Of a stretch of 64,000 nucleotides of DNA, positions 19,659-30,897 are shown piece by piece (position 1 is the first letter of the stretch; each line of letters opens with the position of its first letter). Both the position numbers and the translations under genes were made by a program. The notes under the pieces were generated by a model. That model searched no databases, was not told the origin of the DNA, and saw only the letters and a list, made by a program, of their open reading frames with translations. Source of the DNA: an uncultured virus (IMG/VR IMGVR_UViG_3300027668_000009) (taxonomy: Duplodnaviria; Heunggongvirae; Uroviricota; Caudoviricetes). The DNA lies in IMG/VR virus record IMGVR_UViG_3300027668_000009; one strand, 5' to 3'.

Positions 19659-21171
19659 GCACTTCAGAACACCTGTTATAAGCTTCTGTTCCTGTAGTGC
19701 GTTCTATTTGTGTTCTTGTATCCCAATCGTATTGTGTGCATTCTTCAGTAAGGGAACCATTTGTCATCTGTTGTCTAAACAACCACGAATTGATAGAGGA
19801 ATTACCACCTTCATATAGGTTGAAGTCATCTGCATATAAAAGATACGTGTTGCTTTGTGACCCACTCATAGACATATCAATTGTAGTGATATCATTATAT
19901 AACTGTACTATATCTGAGGTGTTCCTAGTACTCATTAGAGTAACAATGTTATCTGTGTAGTATGGGTTATCACTGGCTCGGATTCTTAATTCAAAACCAC
20001 TAGTTGTGGCATTCTTACCACTCATAATGACTGAACGATAACTATCCCTAACTGCAAGTTCTATGGAATGGTCACCTATAAATCTTACGAAAGTTTTCTC
20101 ATAGTTATATCCACCAACTTGTTTTTGTTGTTCTACGGATATGTGTACTCTGTAACCACTTACAATAGTTTCACTCTCTTTATTCTCTTCATAGTTCTCT
20201 GATATGATTACTGAAGCGTTTGCTTCTAGATTTGCCATAGTAATTGCAATGGGTAGACCATTTTGGTCTAATATCTGACCTAGAGAGTTACCCTTAACAT
20301 CGTTAAAGTTATGTCTACGGTTGTATCTAAACCACTCGTCTTGTTGTGTACTGATACTTTGATTTTGTATGTCGAAGGTAACAGAAGTGAATTCTTGGTT
20401 TTGTAGTATTTTACCAATGATTGTTTCTGTTAAGATTCCTCTGAATCCCATGTTGTATTGTTGTTTGAGAACATTCTCGACTTTGTGTAGTGTGGTAAGG
20501 AAATCTACAACTTTTTCACCTATGGCTTGTTGTGTGGTATCACCCGACGCTATGAAATCGTCATAGAAATAGTATCTACTGATATTGAAATTGGTTTCTA
20601 GGTTGTATAAGAAATTGTTGACATCCTGTTTAATGTTATCTGCAACACTGTTTGCACTAGAACCACAACCATCTGCAACTGTTATGCCACTAGGTAATAG
20701 TTCATTGATTGATGTGACCAACATAGTAGTGAATGGGGTAACATTTGCTTTACCTGTACCCATTTCATGTGGGAAGTACAACATAGTGTATGCATCGTTC
20801 ACATATCCCCTTGTTGAATCCCATGCACCTACTGGTACCTCTGCAACTCTTGGACGGTTTAACCCACAATTGGTAGTGAAGTTTGTTACTGCACTAAATT
20901 CTGTTGCAAGGAATTCATACTCATTGTTATCAGTATTGTAGGTTCCCGAAGGTTCACCTTCATCCTGTACTAGGTTGAAGTTAAAGTCGACAAAGACATT
21001 TGCACCTTCGACGTATCCATCAATGACTTTGGTGCCATATATCGGGGACGAGGAAACTGGGGTGGTAGTGGGAAACTGAAGTTCTGCAAGGGTAGGTGTA
21101 ACTGCTGTACCACCACCGCCACATGATGATAATATCACCACTCCAGCAAGTAAAGTTAATTTATTTTTCAT
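19654..21171 (-). CDS. lipoprotein, bacterial-like
   Basis: Lipobox signal ...VILSS-CGGGG followed by VIDGYVEGANVFVD.N.N and NVTPFTT motifs. Confidence 0.8.
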   Translation of the reverse strand: MKNKLTLLAGVVILSSCGGGGTAVTPTLAELQFPTTTPVSSSPIYGTKVIDGYVEGANVFVDFNFNLVQDEGEPSGTYNTDNNEYEFLATEFSAVTNFTTNCGLNRPRVAEVPVGAWDSTRGYVNDAYTMLYFPHEMGTGKANVTPFTTMLVTSINELLPSGITVADGCGSSANSVADNIKQDVNNFLYNLETNFNISRYYFYDDFIASGDTTQQAIGEKVVDFLTTLHKVENVLKQQYNMGFRGILTETIIGKILQNQEFTSVTFDIQNQSISTQQDEWFRYNRRHNFNDVKGNSLGQILDQNGLPIAITMANLEANASVIISENYEENKESETIVSGYRVHISVEQQKQVGGYNYEKTFVRFIGDHSIELAVRDSYRSVIMSGKNATTSGFELRIRASDNPYYTDNIVTLMSTRNTSDIVQLYNDITTIDMSMSGSQSNTYLLYADDFNLYEGGNSSINSWLFRQQMTNGSLTEECTQYDWDTRTQIERTTGTEAYNRCSEVL

Positions 21172-21200
21172 TGTAAAGACCTCTCATAATCTATAGTACT

Positions 21201-21230
21201 ATTATACACTATAAGTAGTGGTCATGTCTA
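21201..21230 (-). promoter_or_regulatory. sigma70-like promoter of the lipoprotein gene
   Basis: TAGACA-18-TATAAT. Confidence 0.6.
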
Positions 21231-21236
21231 GAGGCT

Positions 21237-21428
21237 TTAGTCTTTAGTCTTAAACTCTTCTCTTAGTTCGGGGAATTCCGATAAGAATCGCATCATTATA
21301 TGAAGGTTATTATCGTCCTGTGCTAGTTTTGTAAGCATCTCTCTGAGAGCCATATAGTTGTCCATAGAGACATCTCTTCGTATCTCTGCAACCATCTCTT
21401 CTACTAATATATTAGGTTTGTAAGTCAT
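21237..21428 (-). CDS. hypothetical protein
   Basis: Short ORF coupled to the upstream gene. Confidence 0.6.
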   Translation of the reverse strand: MTYKPNILVEEMVAEIRRDVSMDNYMALREMLTKLAQDDNNLHIMMRFLSEFPELREEFKTKD

Positions 21429-22047
21429 TTTGTGGACTTACTTTTACGTTGCCTGAGATTGTTATCCTAGGACTGTCGCTTTTGTTTGGGGACACTGCAT
21501 GTAAAACTGTTGATGGAAAGATGTATAAAGTACCTTTACCTTTTAGGTCGGGAACATAATCCATATGTGCTTCATATGTGTCAAAGTATTCCTTTAAACA
21601 GTTGTCACTATTGGTTGCATTTCTATTCTTGAATACAATATGTGAATCACCTGCTTGATGAATATAACACCAAGAGAAATCTGAATTTCGTGTTCCTTGG
21701 TGGTCATGTGCATCTTGGAATCCATTCTTCTCATAGACATTAACCCATGGTACTTCGAATTGACTGGACATTAACATCTTAGGCCCTAATGCATCTAAGA
21801 ATTGACTGAACTCGTCATAGACTTTGTCCATAGGAACTCTGTAATCAATTTTATAGTTTGCATCTACACCGTTAGATGTCTTACAATTACTAAATGTAAA
21901 TTCTTCCGTACATAGAACTTCAGTATCAATGAATTCATCAAACCAATCATCAATTTCACTTGCTGAGATTTGGATGGCTGTAATGGGCTGACCCCATAAT
22001 AGAATATCAGACCTTGAAGTCTGCAAAATCTCGTTTTTGTCCGTCAT
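21412..22047 (-). CDS. 2OG-Fe(II) oxygenase
   Basis: WVN.Y...GFQDAHDH, IFPS.VLHAV.PN, RITISGN; start likely 22047. Confidence 0.8.
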   Translation of the reverse strand: MTDKNEILQTSRSDILLWGQPITAIQISASEIDDWFDEFIDTEVLCTEEFTFSNCKTSNGVDANYKIDYRVPMDKVYDEFSQFLDALGPKMLMSSQFEVPWVNVYEKNGFQDAHDHQGTRNSDFSWCYIHQAGDSHIVFKNRNATNSDNCLKEYFDTYEAHMDYVPDLKGKGTLYIFPSTVLHAVSPNKSDSPRITISGNVKVSPQNDLQT

Positions 22048-23407
22048 TTCTTCCCCTATCAAACACTGGTGTGTCGTCACTAATATTCGTTGAATCGTGT
22101 AACTCTTCTTGTGCTTCTTGTTCACAATCGTATAACTTCATACGACTTCTATCTACTCCAATGACAAACCTTTTAAATATGGTTGGGTCATTGTATCTGT
22201 TCTTTAACTGTTTAACGACCATTTGGTCTAGTTCTTCCAACTCTTCGGATGTAATCAGTGCAAACATAAAGTCGGCTGTTGCTGGTAATCCGAATGACTC
22301 TGAGGTATCTGTTAGTTCCACATCTGTAGAACCATAACCACTACGAGTCGTTTGTGTTGCACTCATGATTGGTACATTAAACTCTACTGCAAGTCCTCTG
22401 AGTTCTTCTGCAATACTCTTAACCAGTGTATAACTGTTTGCACCAGCTCCTGGCTTTACTCTTGCACTTGAACATATATTTAGGTAATCGATATAAATCA
22501 TATCGGGTTTGAAATCTTTCTTAATACTCAACTCTTGTAGTAGATGTCTAAAGTGACCAACGTGAGCTGATGCAGTAGGATATTCCTTTATAATCAACTT
22601 ACCTTTGGTCTTCTCTTTAATCTTATCAATCTTCTTATCAAACATTTTCTTAGATAAGTCGGGTAAATCTTGCATAGGGATATTCAATGTGTTTGCATCG
22701 ATTCTTTCTGCAATCCTTTCCTCTGACATTTCCATGGTAATGTATAAGACATTCTTGTTCATCATTAAGTTAGCAGATGCCATGTGACACATGAAAAGGG
22801 ACTTACCCACACCTGTTCCTGCCAAGCAGATATTCAAGGTTTTATTGGGTAAGCCTCCCTTAGTAACTTTGTTGAAGTATTCCAAATCAAATGGTAACTT
22901 CTCTTCTTCTGTGTGATAGAATTCCCATCTATCATCGGAATTTTCTATGAAATCATGACCAATATTGGTATCGAATGATACAGACAATGCATCCTTTAAA
23001 AGGTCGGGTATTTCTCCAGTCGAGCGTTGGGACTTCTTATCGATGACTTCGATACTGTCCATCACTGCAATATAGATTGCTCTATCTTTGCACCATGATT
23101 CAGTTTCGTTTACCAACCAATCGGTTGGTGTCGCTTCGGTAAGTTTTCCTATACTATCTACAATAGTTTTGCTTTGAGATAACAGTCCATCATTCAATGA
23201 CGTGTTGTTATCTAGATTTATGAGAAGTGCTTCCACTGTAGGTGGTTTAGTGTACTTATCGAAATAAGATATTATCTCGTTAAATACAGTCTTCTCGTCC
23301 GACTCGGAGAAATACTCTTCCTTAAGGAACGGTATTACCTTCCTTGTAAAGGGTTCATTCTGAACTAAGTTCTTCAGTATTGTCTGTTCTAATCTCACTT
23401 GTTCCAT
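22007..23407 (-). CDS. gp41: replicative DNA helicase
   Basis: [37 protein letters not shown]; start likely 23407. Confidence 0.96.
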   Translation of the reverse strand: MEQVRLEQTILKNLVQNEPFTRKVIPFLKEEYFSESDEKTVFNEIISYFDKYTKPPTVEALLINLDNNTSLNDGLLSQSKTIVDSIGKLTEATPTDWLVNETESWCKDRAIYIAVMDSIEVIDKKSQRSTGEIPDLLKDALSVSFDTNIGHDFIENSDDRWEFYHTEEEKLPFDLEYFNKVTKGGLPNKTLNICLAGTGVGKSLFMCHMASANLMMNKNVLYITMEMSEERIAERIDANTLNIPMQDLPDLSKKMFDKKIDKIKEKTKGKLIIKEYPTASAHVGHFRHLLQELSIKKDFKPDMIYIDYLNICSSARVKPGAGANSYTLVKSIAEELRGLAVEFNVPIMSATQTTRSGYGSTDVELTDTSESFGLPATADFMFALITSEELEELDQMVVKQLKNRYNDPTIFKRFVIGVDRSRMKLYDCEQEAQEELHDSTNISDDTPVFDRGRNDGQKRDFADFKV

Positions 23408-24410
23408 ACTTAAAATATTCCTGTGCTTTCTCTTCAAGTAACGCCATTACATCGGGTGTAAAGTGTTTCTCGGGATTGTTATTAATTGTCTTTCCGAATT
23501 CGGTTTTACCTGTAGGTAGTTTAACACGAGTTCCTTCTTTTGTAAAGACGCCAAATGCAAGTGCCATGTCTAAAAGACCATAGTACCTGTCCAATCCTTT
23601 CTCATAAGAAAGTCTTACATCCACCACTCTATTCTCAACTGTCATCCTTGACTTTGCATTCTTGCAATGGATGATGTTTCCGATTACCTCTGTACCCTCT
23701 TTCTCTTTCTTCTTAGAAAGATAGATGATTGATGATGCAGCGTACTTGAGTCCACTACCACCACCCATCTCTTTTTGAGGGAACATTGACCCAATCACAT
23801 CATATGTGTGATTAGTGACAATCATGGGGACACCAACTCTACCTAATTTCAATGTCAAGACTCTGAATGCACCTTTGGTGATTTGAGCTCTTGTCATATC
23901 TTTGGTTTCCTTACCTTCTGCAGTGTCTTCGATTTCTTTAGTAGTTGATAACATACCAAGTGAATCTAAACAAAACATCATTTTAGGACGTTTGGTTTTG
24001 GGGGTATCATTATACTTATCCAGTATACTGATTGCTTGATTTCTGAATTCCTGTACTGTAACAACTGGAACAATAACAACTCTTGACGAGTCTATTCCTC
24101 TTGATTCAATCATATCTCTCGATATTGCAGATTCAGATTCAAAGTAAATCACTGCTGAATCGGGATGGTCTTCAAGGAATTGTTTTACCATGCCGAGGGC
24201 AAAGTAAGTTTTTCCTGTTGCAGATTCTCCAGCGATTGCTGTGATTTTGTTTGCTGGTAGACCACCGTATAGTGACCCACTTAATAGTGCATTAAAAATA
24301 TGACTTCCAGTATCAATAAAGGAATCCACATCTCCAGCTGCGACACCGTCGGAAACTATACTTGCGTATTCGTTGCCCGATGCTTTTACTAAATCTTTTA
24401 AAAATGACAT
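23355..24410 (-). CDS. uvsX: RecA-like recombinase
   Basis: [20 protein letters not shown]; start likely 24410. Confidence 0.95.
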   Translation of the reverse strand: MSFLKDLVKASGNEYASIVSDGVAAGDVDSFIDTGSHIFNALLSGSLYGGLPANKITAIAGESATGKTYFALGMVKQFLEDHPDSAVIYFESESAISRDMIESRGIDSSRVVIVPVVTVQEFRNQAISILDKYNDTPKTKRPKMMFCLDSLGMLSTTKEIEDTAEGKETKDMTRAQITKGAFRVLTLKLGRVGVPMIVTNHTYDVIGSMFPQKEMGGGSGLKYAASSIIYLSKKKEKEGTEVIGNIIHCKNAKSRMTVENRVVDVRLSYEKGLDRYYGLLDMALAFGVFTKEGTRVKLPTGKTEFGKTINNNPEKHFTPDVMALLEEKAQEYFKYGTSEIRTDNTEELSSE

Positions 24411-24435
24411 AACACTTCTCCTAATGTATACATCT

Positions 24436-24465
24436 ATTATACACAAAGGGTGGTGAAATTGTAAG
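24436..24465 (-). promoter_or_regulatory. sigma70-like promoter of uvsX
   Basis: CTTACA-18-TATAAT. Confidence 0.55.
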
Positions 24466-24471
24466 AGGGTT

Positions 24472-24651
24472 TTAGAGTTTTTTTTCTATTTCTTTTAGAG
24501 ACTTACCAACTTGAGACATTTTTTGGTCGAACTTGGTATGTTCTTTCATCATTGCTGTAAGCTTAGTCATAGATATTTCTAGATGAAAGATACAACCAAA
24601 GATAATCATAATCATTCCTATATAGAAACAATCCATGATAGTAATCAACAT
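24472..24651 (-). CDS. small membrane protein (59 aa, not in ORF track)
   Basis: [25 protein letters not shown]... N-terminal TM followed by a coiled coil; start overlaps the upstream stop. Confidence 0.55.
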   Translation of the reverse strand: MLITIMDCFYIGMIMIIFGCIFHLEISMTKLTAMMKEHTKFDQKMSQVGKSLKEIEKKL

Positions 24652-25142
24652 TAGGAAACCTCGTCTATTTGCTCTTGTGTAACGGTACCGTTACTGAGTA
24701 ATAGAGCTCTATGTTCCATGTGTCTTTCTTGAGTAGTGTCTTTGTTTTCACCAGTGTATAATACTGCGTGATGGTCAAAAATCATTCGTTGATTGACTGA
24801 AACTCTTTCGTCTGTTTGAACGATTGGATTTCCTTCTTCGTCAAGTGGAGTAACAAATAGTTCTCCAAGTATTCTTCCGAACTTTCCTTTGTCATGACTA
24901 ACGAGTGTGACATCACCTTGTGCAAGTAATTTTGTAAGATGATACTTAGATGCTTTACCAAAAACCTTCTCCACTAAGTCTCTTGTACGTGACTCGGGGG
25001 TATCGATTCCCATAAGACGCACTCTTTGTTTTTTTAGTACAGTTGAAAACCCTAAATCTATATCAACGTCAATTGTGTCGCCGTCAACGATTTTGGTTAC
25101 TGTTACGTGAAATTCTGCTTGTTTAAATAATTTTTTACCCAT
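24651..25142 (-). CDS. thermonuclease (SNase-like)
   Basis: IVDGDTIDV, RVRLMGIDTPE, KGKFGRILG. Confidence 0.88.
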   Translation of the reverse strand: MGKKLFKQAEFHVTVTKIVDGDTIDVDIDLGFSTVLKKQRVRLMGIDTPESRTRDLVEKVFGKASKYHLTKLLAQGDVTLVSHDKGKFGRILGELFVTPLDEEGNPIVQTDERVSVNQRMIFDHHAVLYTGENKDTTQERHMEHRALLLSNGTVTQEQIDEVS

Positions 25143-25150
25143 GATTCTAT

Positions 25151-25621
25151 TTAGGAGTTCGCTAACTTAGGGGGGTTATTATGACCAATCATTGAATGGT
25201 CTAAGATGGGATGTTTGTAGTCTTCTGCTTGTTTGGACTCATAGTCTACCATCGCCTGTTTAATAGCATCTTCTGCTAGTACTGAACAATGTAATTTGAT
25301 TGGTGGTAGTTGCAGTGCATCTGCAATGTCTTTGTCTTTGATGAGTTTTGCTTCATCGATAGTCTTACCCATCATCAAGTCCACGAACAACGAAGAAGAT
25401 GCAATTGCACTCCCACATCCGTAAGTCTTGAATTTTACGTCGACAATCTTTTCGTTGTCATCGAGTAAGAGTTGAAGTTGCATTACATCACCACACGCAG
25501 GAGCTCCTGCAAGTCCTGTTGCAACCTTGGGATTGTTTCTATCCAGTGAACCAACAGCGTGTTTTTGTGGGTTAGCGAGTACGGCTTCGAACCGTTGTAC
25601 TACTTCTTTTGAGTATGCCAT
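25151..25621 (-). CDS. iscU: Fe-S cluster scaffold protein
   Basis: GAPACGDVM, FKTYGCGSAIASSS, LPPIKLHCSVLAE. Confidence 0.95.
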   Translation of the reverse strand: MAYSKEVVQRFEAVLANPQKHAVGSLDRNNPKVATGLAGAPACGDVMQLQLLLDDNEKIVDVKFKTYGCGSAIASSSLFVDLMMGKTIDEAKLIKDKDIADALQLPPIKLHCSVLAEDAIKQAMVDYESKQAEDYKHPILDHSMIGHNNPPKLANS

Positions 25622-25629
25622 ATAGTTAT

Positions 25630-28122
25630 TTATCCAAAAAACGCATCAAGCGACGCAACTGGTTCAACATTCCAGCCAATCTTCTCAATAACCACCTTCA
25701 ATGGTTCTATGAATGACTTGTCAAATTGCATGTCGTAGTTGATATATTTGTGTAATTCCAACTCTCTCGGAAGTACATTCAAGAACGATATGACGTTCTC
25801 GTTAATTGGGTTAGGTGTTGTGAGGTATGTGAAGTGTAACTTCTCTCCACTCTTAATCAACTCGTAACGTTTGTGTATGTTCTTCTTCTTGAGATGATGG
25901 TTGTAAAGTAAAGCACCGCGTACGTGTATGGGTGTACCCTTTCCGTAAATCATCGATGGGTCTGCATACTGTTGTAGATTGTTGCAACCTCTTGGTGATG
26001 ACATGTCTTCGGGTGGTAACCTTCTGAAGTCCATACGAGCATTCTCTACGAAATCCCATAGTTCTTGTTCGTCACCTTGCATCACAATCTTGAATGCATC
26101 CGTAAGTCTACCTCTAACCCATTGTGGTGTACTAGACTTTGCAGTCTCAATACCCATCATCTTGAGTTTAGGTACGGCTAGTCGGACTCCTTCGTTGTCG
26201 ATGACGTTGAGGATATATCTTTTCTTTGCTGTCCATATTCCTCTGTCGGCGATGACCTCTCGTCCCATCTCCATTTTTTGTTCGTATGCGTTGGTGTATT
26301 CTGCAAGGTCTTCGAAACCTTTTTCAAGAACGCTCTCCATGTGTGACTTGGCGATGGAGTCGATGAAGTTAGTGATTTTGGTTTTATCTGTTTCATTGGG
26401 CATGACCTGTTGTATCAATTTGTCTAGTGTAATATAAACAGAATCAGTATCCATTGCAACAACATAATCTTCGTCTGTCTTTAGAGTTGTGTTTAACCAA
26501 TCATTGATTGTCTTCTCTGCATGTTTGATAATCAACTGACCCGACAATGTGATTGCCTCGGCAAGTTGTGGGTCAAAGAATGCAAAGTATTGATTGGCCA
26601 ATGCACCATAAGCTGAGTTAAGTGCAATCTTTCTAACCTGTTGGTTATTGTAAGAACGTTTGATTAATGTATTGAGTTCGTTCTTACGTGTCTTGTCTTT
26701 ACAAGTTTGCAGTTCCTTCTGATACTCAATCATCTTACCCTTCCACATCTTACGTTCGTCATAGAACTTCTGCATAAGTTCGGGAAGGAAACCTTGTTTG
26801 TCGTTAGAGAACCTAGCACCGTTTGGTGTGATACCGAATGCACCGTCAACTACTGTTTCTTTGTTGAATAGTTTCTCTACGGATGTATCTGTTAGTCCTC
26901 TCTGCATCTTCTCGGGTGAGATGTTGTACTGCATAATGATGTGAGGATACAGTGAGTTTAAATCGAATGAGACAACCCATTCATGTTTACCCACGATAGG
27001 TTCTTTAACATATGCACCTTGAATCCTGTCACCTTTTATCTGACCAAGTCTCTGAGGTGGTGTAGCAATGTTCTGTTCTTTAAGGAAGTTGTAGATGATT
27101 GTTTCCCAATACTTAACCATACCAAATGTATCATTGTAGTTACATTTTGCATTGTAAGACATTGCAAGAATCAATTCCATCAATCCTAGTTTGTCTTCTA
27201 AGTCTTCTACCAAGGTAACATCCTTTACATTATATGCAAGGAACTTAGAATAGTTGTTTCTGTATAGATGGTGAAGAGAACCTTCCTCTTCATAGCTTAT
27301 CTTGGTCTTACCTAACTCTACCTTTGCAATATGGTCTAGTCTGTAAGACTCTTGGTTTACGAATGTATGTTTTTTGTATAGTTCTAGGTAATCAATTACA
27401 TTGATTCCGTACAGATTAAAAACCTGTTGCTGAGAACCCCAATTGGTTTTGAATTCTCTGACATCGCACATGTTCCATGGTGAGAACTTTTTGTGTGATT
27501 CTGTACCAAAGACTCTGTCCACACGATTACACAAATAAGTAATGTCAAAAGTATTAACATTCCAACCTGTGATGATATCGAACTTCTCTTTTCTCCAGTA
27601 CTTGATAAACTGTTCAAGTAAGTCTTTTTCATCCTGTGCTTCATGATAAGTCACATTCGCTGGTTTTTCATCCCATGGGCCGATACCAAAAGTATGTGCC
27701 ATGAATCTGAAGGGTTTGATTGTTATTGCATTGACCTTTTCCAAAGCTTGCATAGGTTCGGGGAACCCATCTTCACATTCACACTCAATGTCGAGTGTTG
27801 CAATCTTGATTACTTTGGGGTCGTATTTGATGTCACCTTGAAACTTGTCGGCAATGTAGGTGTAGATATATCTATCATAACCATGAATGTCCATTCCAGC
27901 AGTTCCTGCGAACTTCTCTCGGAACTTCCTTGCACCACCCATTGAATTTAGGTTCACTGGTTCTAGGTTTCTACCATCCAATGACTTGAATGCAGAGTCC
28001 TTTTTAGTCGGGACGTAATGAGTTGGACGGTAATCCACAGACATTTGCACCTGTTTCTTACCTTGGTAACCCTTTACGAGTATCTTGTCGCGTGTACGAC
28101 ATACGTTTGTATAAAAATCCAT
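25630..28122 (-). CDS. gp43: family B DNA polymerase
   Basis: Exonuclease DIE and GWN; SFDLNSLYP, KIALNSAYG, MDTDS. Confidence 0.97.
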   Translation of the reverse strand: MDFYTNVCRTRDKILVKGYQGKKQVQMSVDYRPTHYVPTKKDSAFKSLDGRNLEPVNLNSMGGARKFREKFAGTAGMDIHGYDRYIYTYIADKFQGDIKYDPKVIKIATLDIECECEDGFPEPMQALEKVNAITIKPFRFMAHTFGIGPWDEKPANVTYHEAQDEKDLLEQFIKYWRKEKFDIITGWNVNTFDITYLCNRVDRVFGTESHKKFSPWNMCDVREFKTNWGSQQQVFNLYGINVIDYLELYKKHTFVNQESYRLDHIAKVELGKTKISYEEEGSLHHLYRNNYSKFLAYNVKDVTLVEDLEDKLGLMELILAMSYNAKCNYNDTFGMVKYWETIIYNFLKEQNIATPPQRLGQIKGDRIQGAYVKEPIVGKHEWVVSFDLNSLYPHIIMQYNISPEKMQRGLTDTSVEKLFNKETVVDGAFGITPNGARFSNDKQGFLPELMQKFYDERKMWKGKMIEYQKELQTCKDKTRKNELNTLIKRSYNNQQVRKIALNSAYGALANQYFAFFDPQLAEAITLSGQLIIKHAEKTINDWLNTTLKTDEDYVVAMDTDSVYITLDKLIQQVMPNETDKTKITNFIDSIAKSHMESVLEKGFEDLAEYTNAYEQKMEMGREVIADRGIWTAKKRYILNVIDNEGVRLAVPKLKMMGIETAKSSTPQWVRGRLTDAFKIVMQGDEQELWDFVENARMDFRRLPPEDMSSPRGCNNLQQYADPSMIYGKGTPIHVRGALLYNHHLKKKNIHKRYELIKSGEKLHFTYLTTPNPINENVISFLNVLPRELELHKYINYDMQFDKSFIEPLKVVIEKIGWNVEPVASLDAFFG

Positions 28123-28128
28123 ACTGTT

Positions 28129-28157
28129 ATTATAACAGAAAAAGGATTATTCTACAA
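28129..28157 (-). promoter_or_regulatory. sigma70-like promoter of gp43
   Basis: TTGTAG-17-TATAAT with extended TG; the transcript would be nearly leaderless. Confidence 0.5.
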
Positions 28158-28368
28158 GTGTATTTCTAGAGGGATTCAGTAATTCTTTTACTGCTTTGAG
28201 TTTGTCCTGTGCATCGGCTAAGTTAGCGACCAATTCATCAACAGCACCAACGACATCGGGATGTTCTCCGATACCGACTGGGTTTTGCTGATAGACTGAG
28301 ATGTTTGCAGTATGAACTGCAATATCACCTTGGTACTTCTTTTCTAATGCTCTTAATATATCTGCCAT
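28147..28368 (-). CDS. conserved hypothetical protein
   Basis: NPVGIGEHPD motif common in marine T4-like phages. Confidence 0.75.
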   Translation of the reverse strand: MADILRALEKKYQGDIAVHTANISVYQQNPVGIGEHPDVVGAVDELVANLADAQDKLKAVKELLNPSRNTLVE

Positions 28369-28369
28369 T

Positions 28370-28636
28370 CTACTTATTGCCTGTTAGAACCTTGAAATTT
28401 TGTGCAAGATTTGGTCTTGGTTCAAATGCAGCTACTACTCTGACTTTTTTAATGTTAAAGGTATAATCCTTTGCATAAGGTATCCATGGTGCAAGACCTA
28501 CTTCCATATTGGTTCCCTTTAATTCTACGATACATGCGTGTGCTTCTTTTACTGTATAACTAGTTACGTTTTCGGAAACTAAACCTATTACAACATCGCC
28601 ATTTTCTAGACGTAAACACTTTATAATTTCAGACAC
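28370..28636 (-). CDS. hypothetical protein, Sm-like beta fold
   Basis: IKCLRLENGDVVIG..LAPWIPY; resembles 56710..57165. Confidence 0.65.
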   Translation of the reverse strand: MSEIIKCLRLENGDVVIGLVSENVTSYTVKEAHACIVELKGTNMEVGLAPWIPYAKDYTFNIKKVRVVAAFEPRPNLAQNFKVLTGNK

Positions 28637-29084
28637 TTCTTACTTGCTCCTGTAATTCGAGAGAACGTCTCCCAACTTGTTTAAACCATCGAGAGTCTTC
28701 CATCTCAACAGCCATTCCTTCCCAATTCTCCGATACAACTGCTTTCCACATGTTGTTAAATTTACCAAAACGACTTCCACCTAAGTTGAATGTCATGTTA
28801 ACCAATACGTGTTGTATTGCTTCGGGTAGACTATAGAAGTCCTTCCCACCTTTTGATTCAAATACATGGATAGTTTCATCTACATGCTTGTCAAAATCAG
28901 ATTCGTAATACGCATCTACTGTTGATTGACTAACTGGAGTTCCAGCTGGTTTACCTTGTTCTGCATCACCATCTTTAATAAGATGACCAACACCTAGTGT
29001 TAGATAACCTAATGAGTCTGCATAGACTTCAAGGACTTCACCTTCATGTCTTTTAATTTGTTCTTTTAATATTTCTTTATTCAT
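28629..29084 (-). CDS. T4-type lysozyme (GH24)
   Basis: HEG..E.Y.D..GYLT.G.GH catalytic E/D/T; NMTFNLG, SRWFKQVGRR. Confidence 0.9.
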   Translation of the reverse strand: MNKEILKEQIKRHEGEVLEVYADSLGYLTLGVGHLIKDGDAEQGKPAGTPVSQSTVDAYYESDFDKHVDETIHVFESKGGKDFYSLPEAIQHVLVNMTFNLGGSRFGKFNNMWKAVVSENWEGMAVEMEDSRWFKQVGRRSLELQEQVRSV

Positions 29085-29385
29085 CCTGTTCCTGTTCCCT
29101 TTTCAATTGTTCATCCACGAGTTCCATCAAAATGTCACCCATGAGGTCGTTTAATTCACTATTATTTAGGAGTTCCTCAAGTCCAATATCTGTCTTTTGT
29201 TGACCGTGAGGGAACCTTCTTATAGTTCTTTGGAAATTAATGTTGGGTTTTCCATCTTCGAATTGTAACTTACCATATTGGTATACAAGTCCGTCCCATT
29301 CTCCACCTGTCATCTCGATAGCAGCGTCGTTTTCACTTGGATTCTCGACTACCATGTAGACTTTGTTATCGAATAATTTTGGCAT
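29077..29385 (-). CDS. hypothetical protein
   Basis: Coupled ORF; GLVYQYGK motif. Confidence 0.65.
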   Translation of the reverse strand: MPKLFDNKVYMVVENPSENDAAIEMTGGEWDGLVYQYGKLQFEDGKPNINFQRTIRRFPHGQQKTDIGLEELLNNSELNDLMGDILMELVDEQLKREQEQDE

Positions 29386-29902
29386 GTATTTCCTCTTCGA
29401 TTCTCATAGAATCATGTATAGAATTGTTATCATGTATATTTAGTTGTCCTAAAAGATTCATGTTTGTTAGTATGTTATTTATCTGTGTTCGTCTTCCCTT
29501 CAGCCATACTTCTGATTGTGTGTCTCCACGTTCTGCGTGACGATTGTGTTCTTCGGTTATGTCTACTGTTAGAACGTAAACTAATGCTTCGTGATTTTGC
29601 ATTAACCATTCTATGTCTACTCCTCTAAAGTATCTATCACCTTCTATTAGAACATGTTTGTAGGCAATGTTTGCCCACTCAATGAATTCTCTAAATTGTG
29701 GTATAGAACCGTGAGAGAGCTTATCAGTTCCACCGAATGTCTCTCCCTCGGGATATTGACCGACTACTAATATGTCACCATGTTCTTGGCACTTAAATAG
29801 TTTCATCGGTTCAATTAGGTTGGGTTCATCTAACCTAGAGATAAGTCTTCTCATGAGAGTTGACTTTCCCGAACATGGAACTCCACCAACCATGATAATC
29901 AT
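29366..29902 (-). CDS. P-loop kinase, candidate modified-base DNA kinase
   Basis: GGVPCSGKST Walker A; VGQY...FGGTD and HVLIEGDR motifs; located in the modification cluster. Confidence 0.7.
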   Translation of the reverse strand: MIIMVGGVPCSGKSTLMRRLISRLDEPNLIEPMKLFKCQEHGDILVVGQYPEGETFGGTDKLSHGSIPQFREFIEWANIAYKHVLIEGDRYFRGVDIEWLMQNHEALVYVLTVDITEEHNRHAERGDTQSEVWLKGRRTQINNILTNMNLLGQLNIHDNNSIHDSMRIEEEIHAKIIR

Positions 29903-30897
29903 ACTGAACTACCGTCCAAGTTGACTACCACATCTTCCAGTGGAAGACCATCATTAAGAGGGTCTGCTGTAGTAATCTGACCTATGAATCCTCTGAATTC
30001 AAAGATGTGATGATACTTTCTATTAAGATGCTGGGTTACCCACAACATAGTTCTGTCAAAAGAATCCATCCAGTTACTTCTTTGGTCTGCAATTTTTGAA
30101 GGGTCTACATTTAAAATGTAACCATAGATTTGAACTGGTACTAAGTACGTATCATACAAATCTATCATCTGTTTTATTTTAGTTCCAAAGTCCCCATTTG
30201 GTCTTGCAAAACCTATCTGCTGTAAGTCAAGAACATACCCTTTCGATGGGAATTGATTCTCAGCAAGAATCCTGTTTGCAACTCCAGCGTCTACATCTAT
30301 CACATTTTCAAATACAGAAAGACTTGACCTAAATCTATTAAAGATTGCAGTCCTTTGTGCTGGTGACTTTGTTGGGGTCATATCTTTTAATCTATCCTTC
30401 AAATAAGAAGTGTTATCTCTTGTACAAGAACCTTGGGCTACAAGTATCTTTAAAGCTTTAACATAGTCTTTGTCATCATTATCCTGTGCTGGTAAATGAC
30501 ATTCATTGGATTGAATCATAAACATGATTTCATTAGCTGGTGTATCAAAAGTTACAACATCTACTATGACCATAGTTTGCTCAAGTTCTGTAAATGCTTC
30601 TAGTCTATTGAAACCTGCTTTCAGATAGTACTTTTCATCTGCACCAAGTTCGACTACCAATGGTGGTTCTGAATAGACCCAACCTAGGTTTTGAAATGAA
30701 TCTACTAACTTAAGAACGTTTGCTCTTAAATGGTTGTAGACTCTAATGTTTAAAGATGGGCCTTTCTTTACAGAATGTATGATATCTTCAAGTGGGATTA
30801 GTTTCCTAGTGGTGAAGTTTACACCTTTAGGATACTTTGGTTTACACTCTTTGAGTGACCTATTCACGTCGAATAGGATTTGATTATTGTTTGACAT
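29899..30897 (-). CDS. ParB/Srx-like N-terminal domain protein
   Basis: LVDSFQNLGW...PPLVV...YYLKAGFNRLEA resembles the ParB GxxR motif. Confidence 0.55.
   Translation of the reverse strand: MSNNNQILFDVNRSLKECKPKYPKGVNFTTRKLIPLEDIIHSVKKGPSLNIRVYNHLRANVLKLVDSFQNLGWVYSEPPLVVELGADEKYYLKAGFNRLEAFTELEQTMVIVDVVTFDTPANEIMFMIQSNECHLPAQDNDDKDYVKALKILVAQGSCTRDNTSYLKDRLKDMTPTKSPAQRTAIFNRFRSSLSVFENVIDVDAGVANRILAENQFPSKGYVLDLQQIGFARPNGDFGTKIKQMIDLYDTYLVPVQIYGYILNVDPSKIADQRSNWMDSFDRTMLWVTQHLNRKYHHIFEFRGFIGQITTADPLNDGLPLEDVVVNLDGSSV

Noticed and set aside
1079..28122. Introns or inteins in nrdA, nrdB, gp41, uvsX and gp43
   Set aside because: The ORFs are continuous and of ordinary length.
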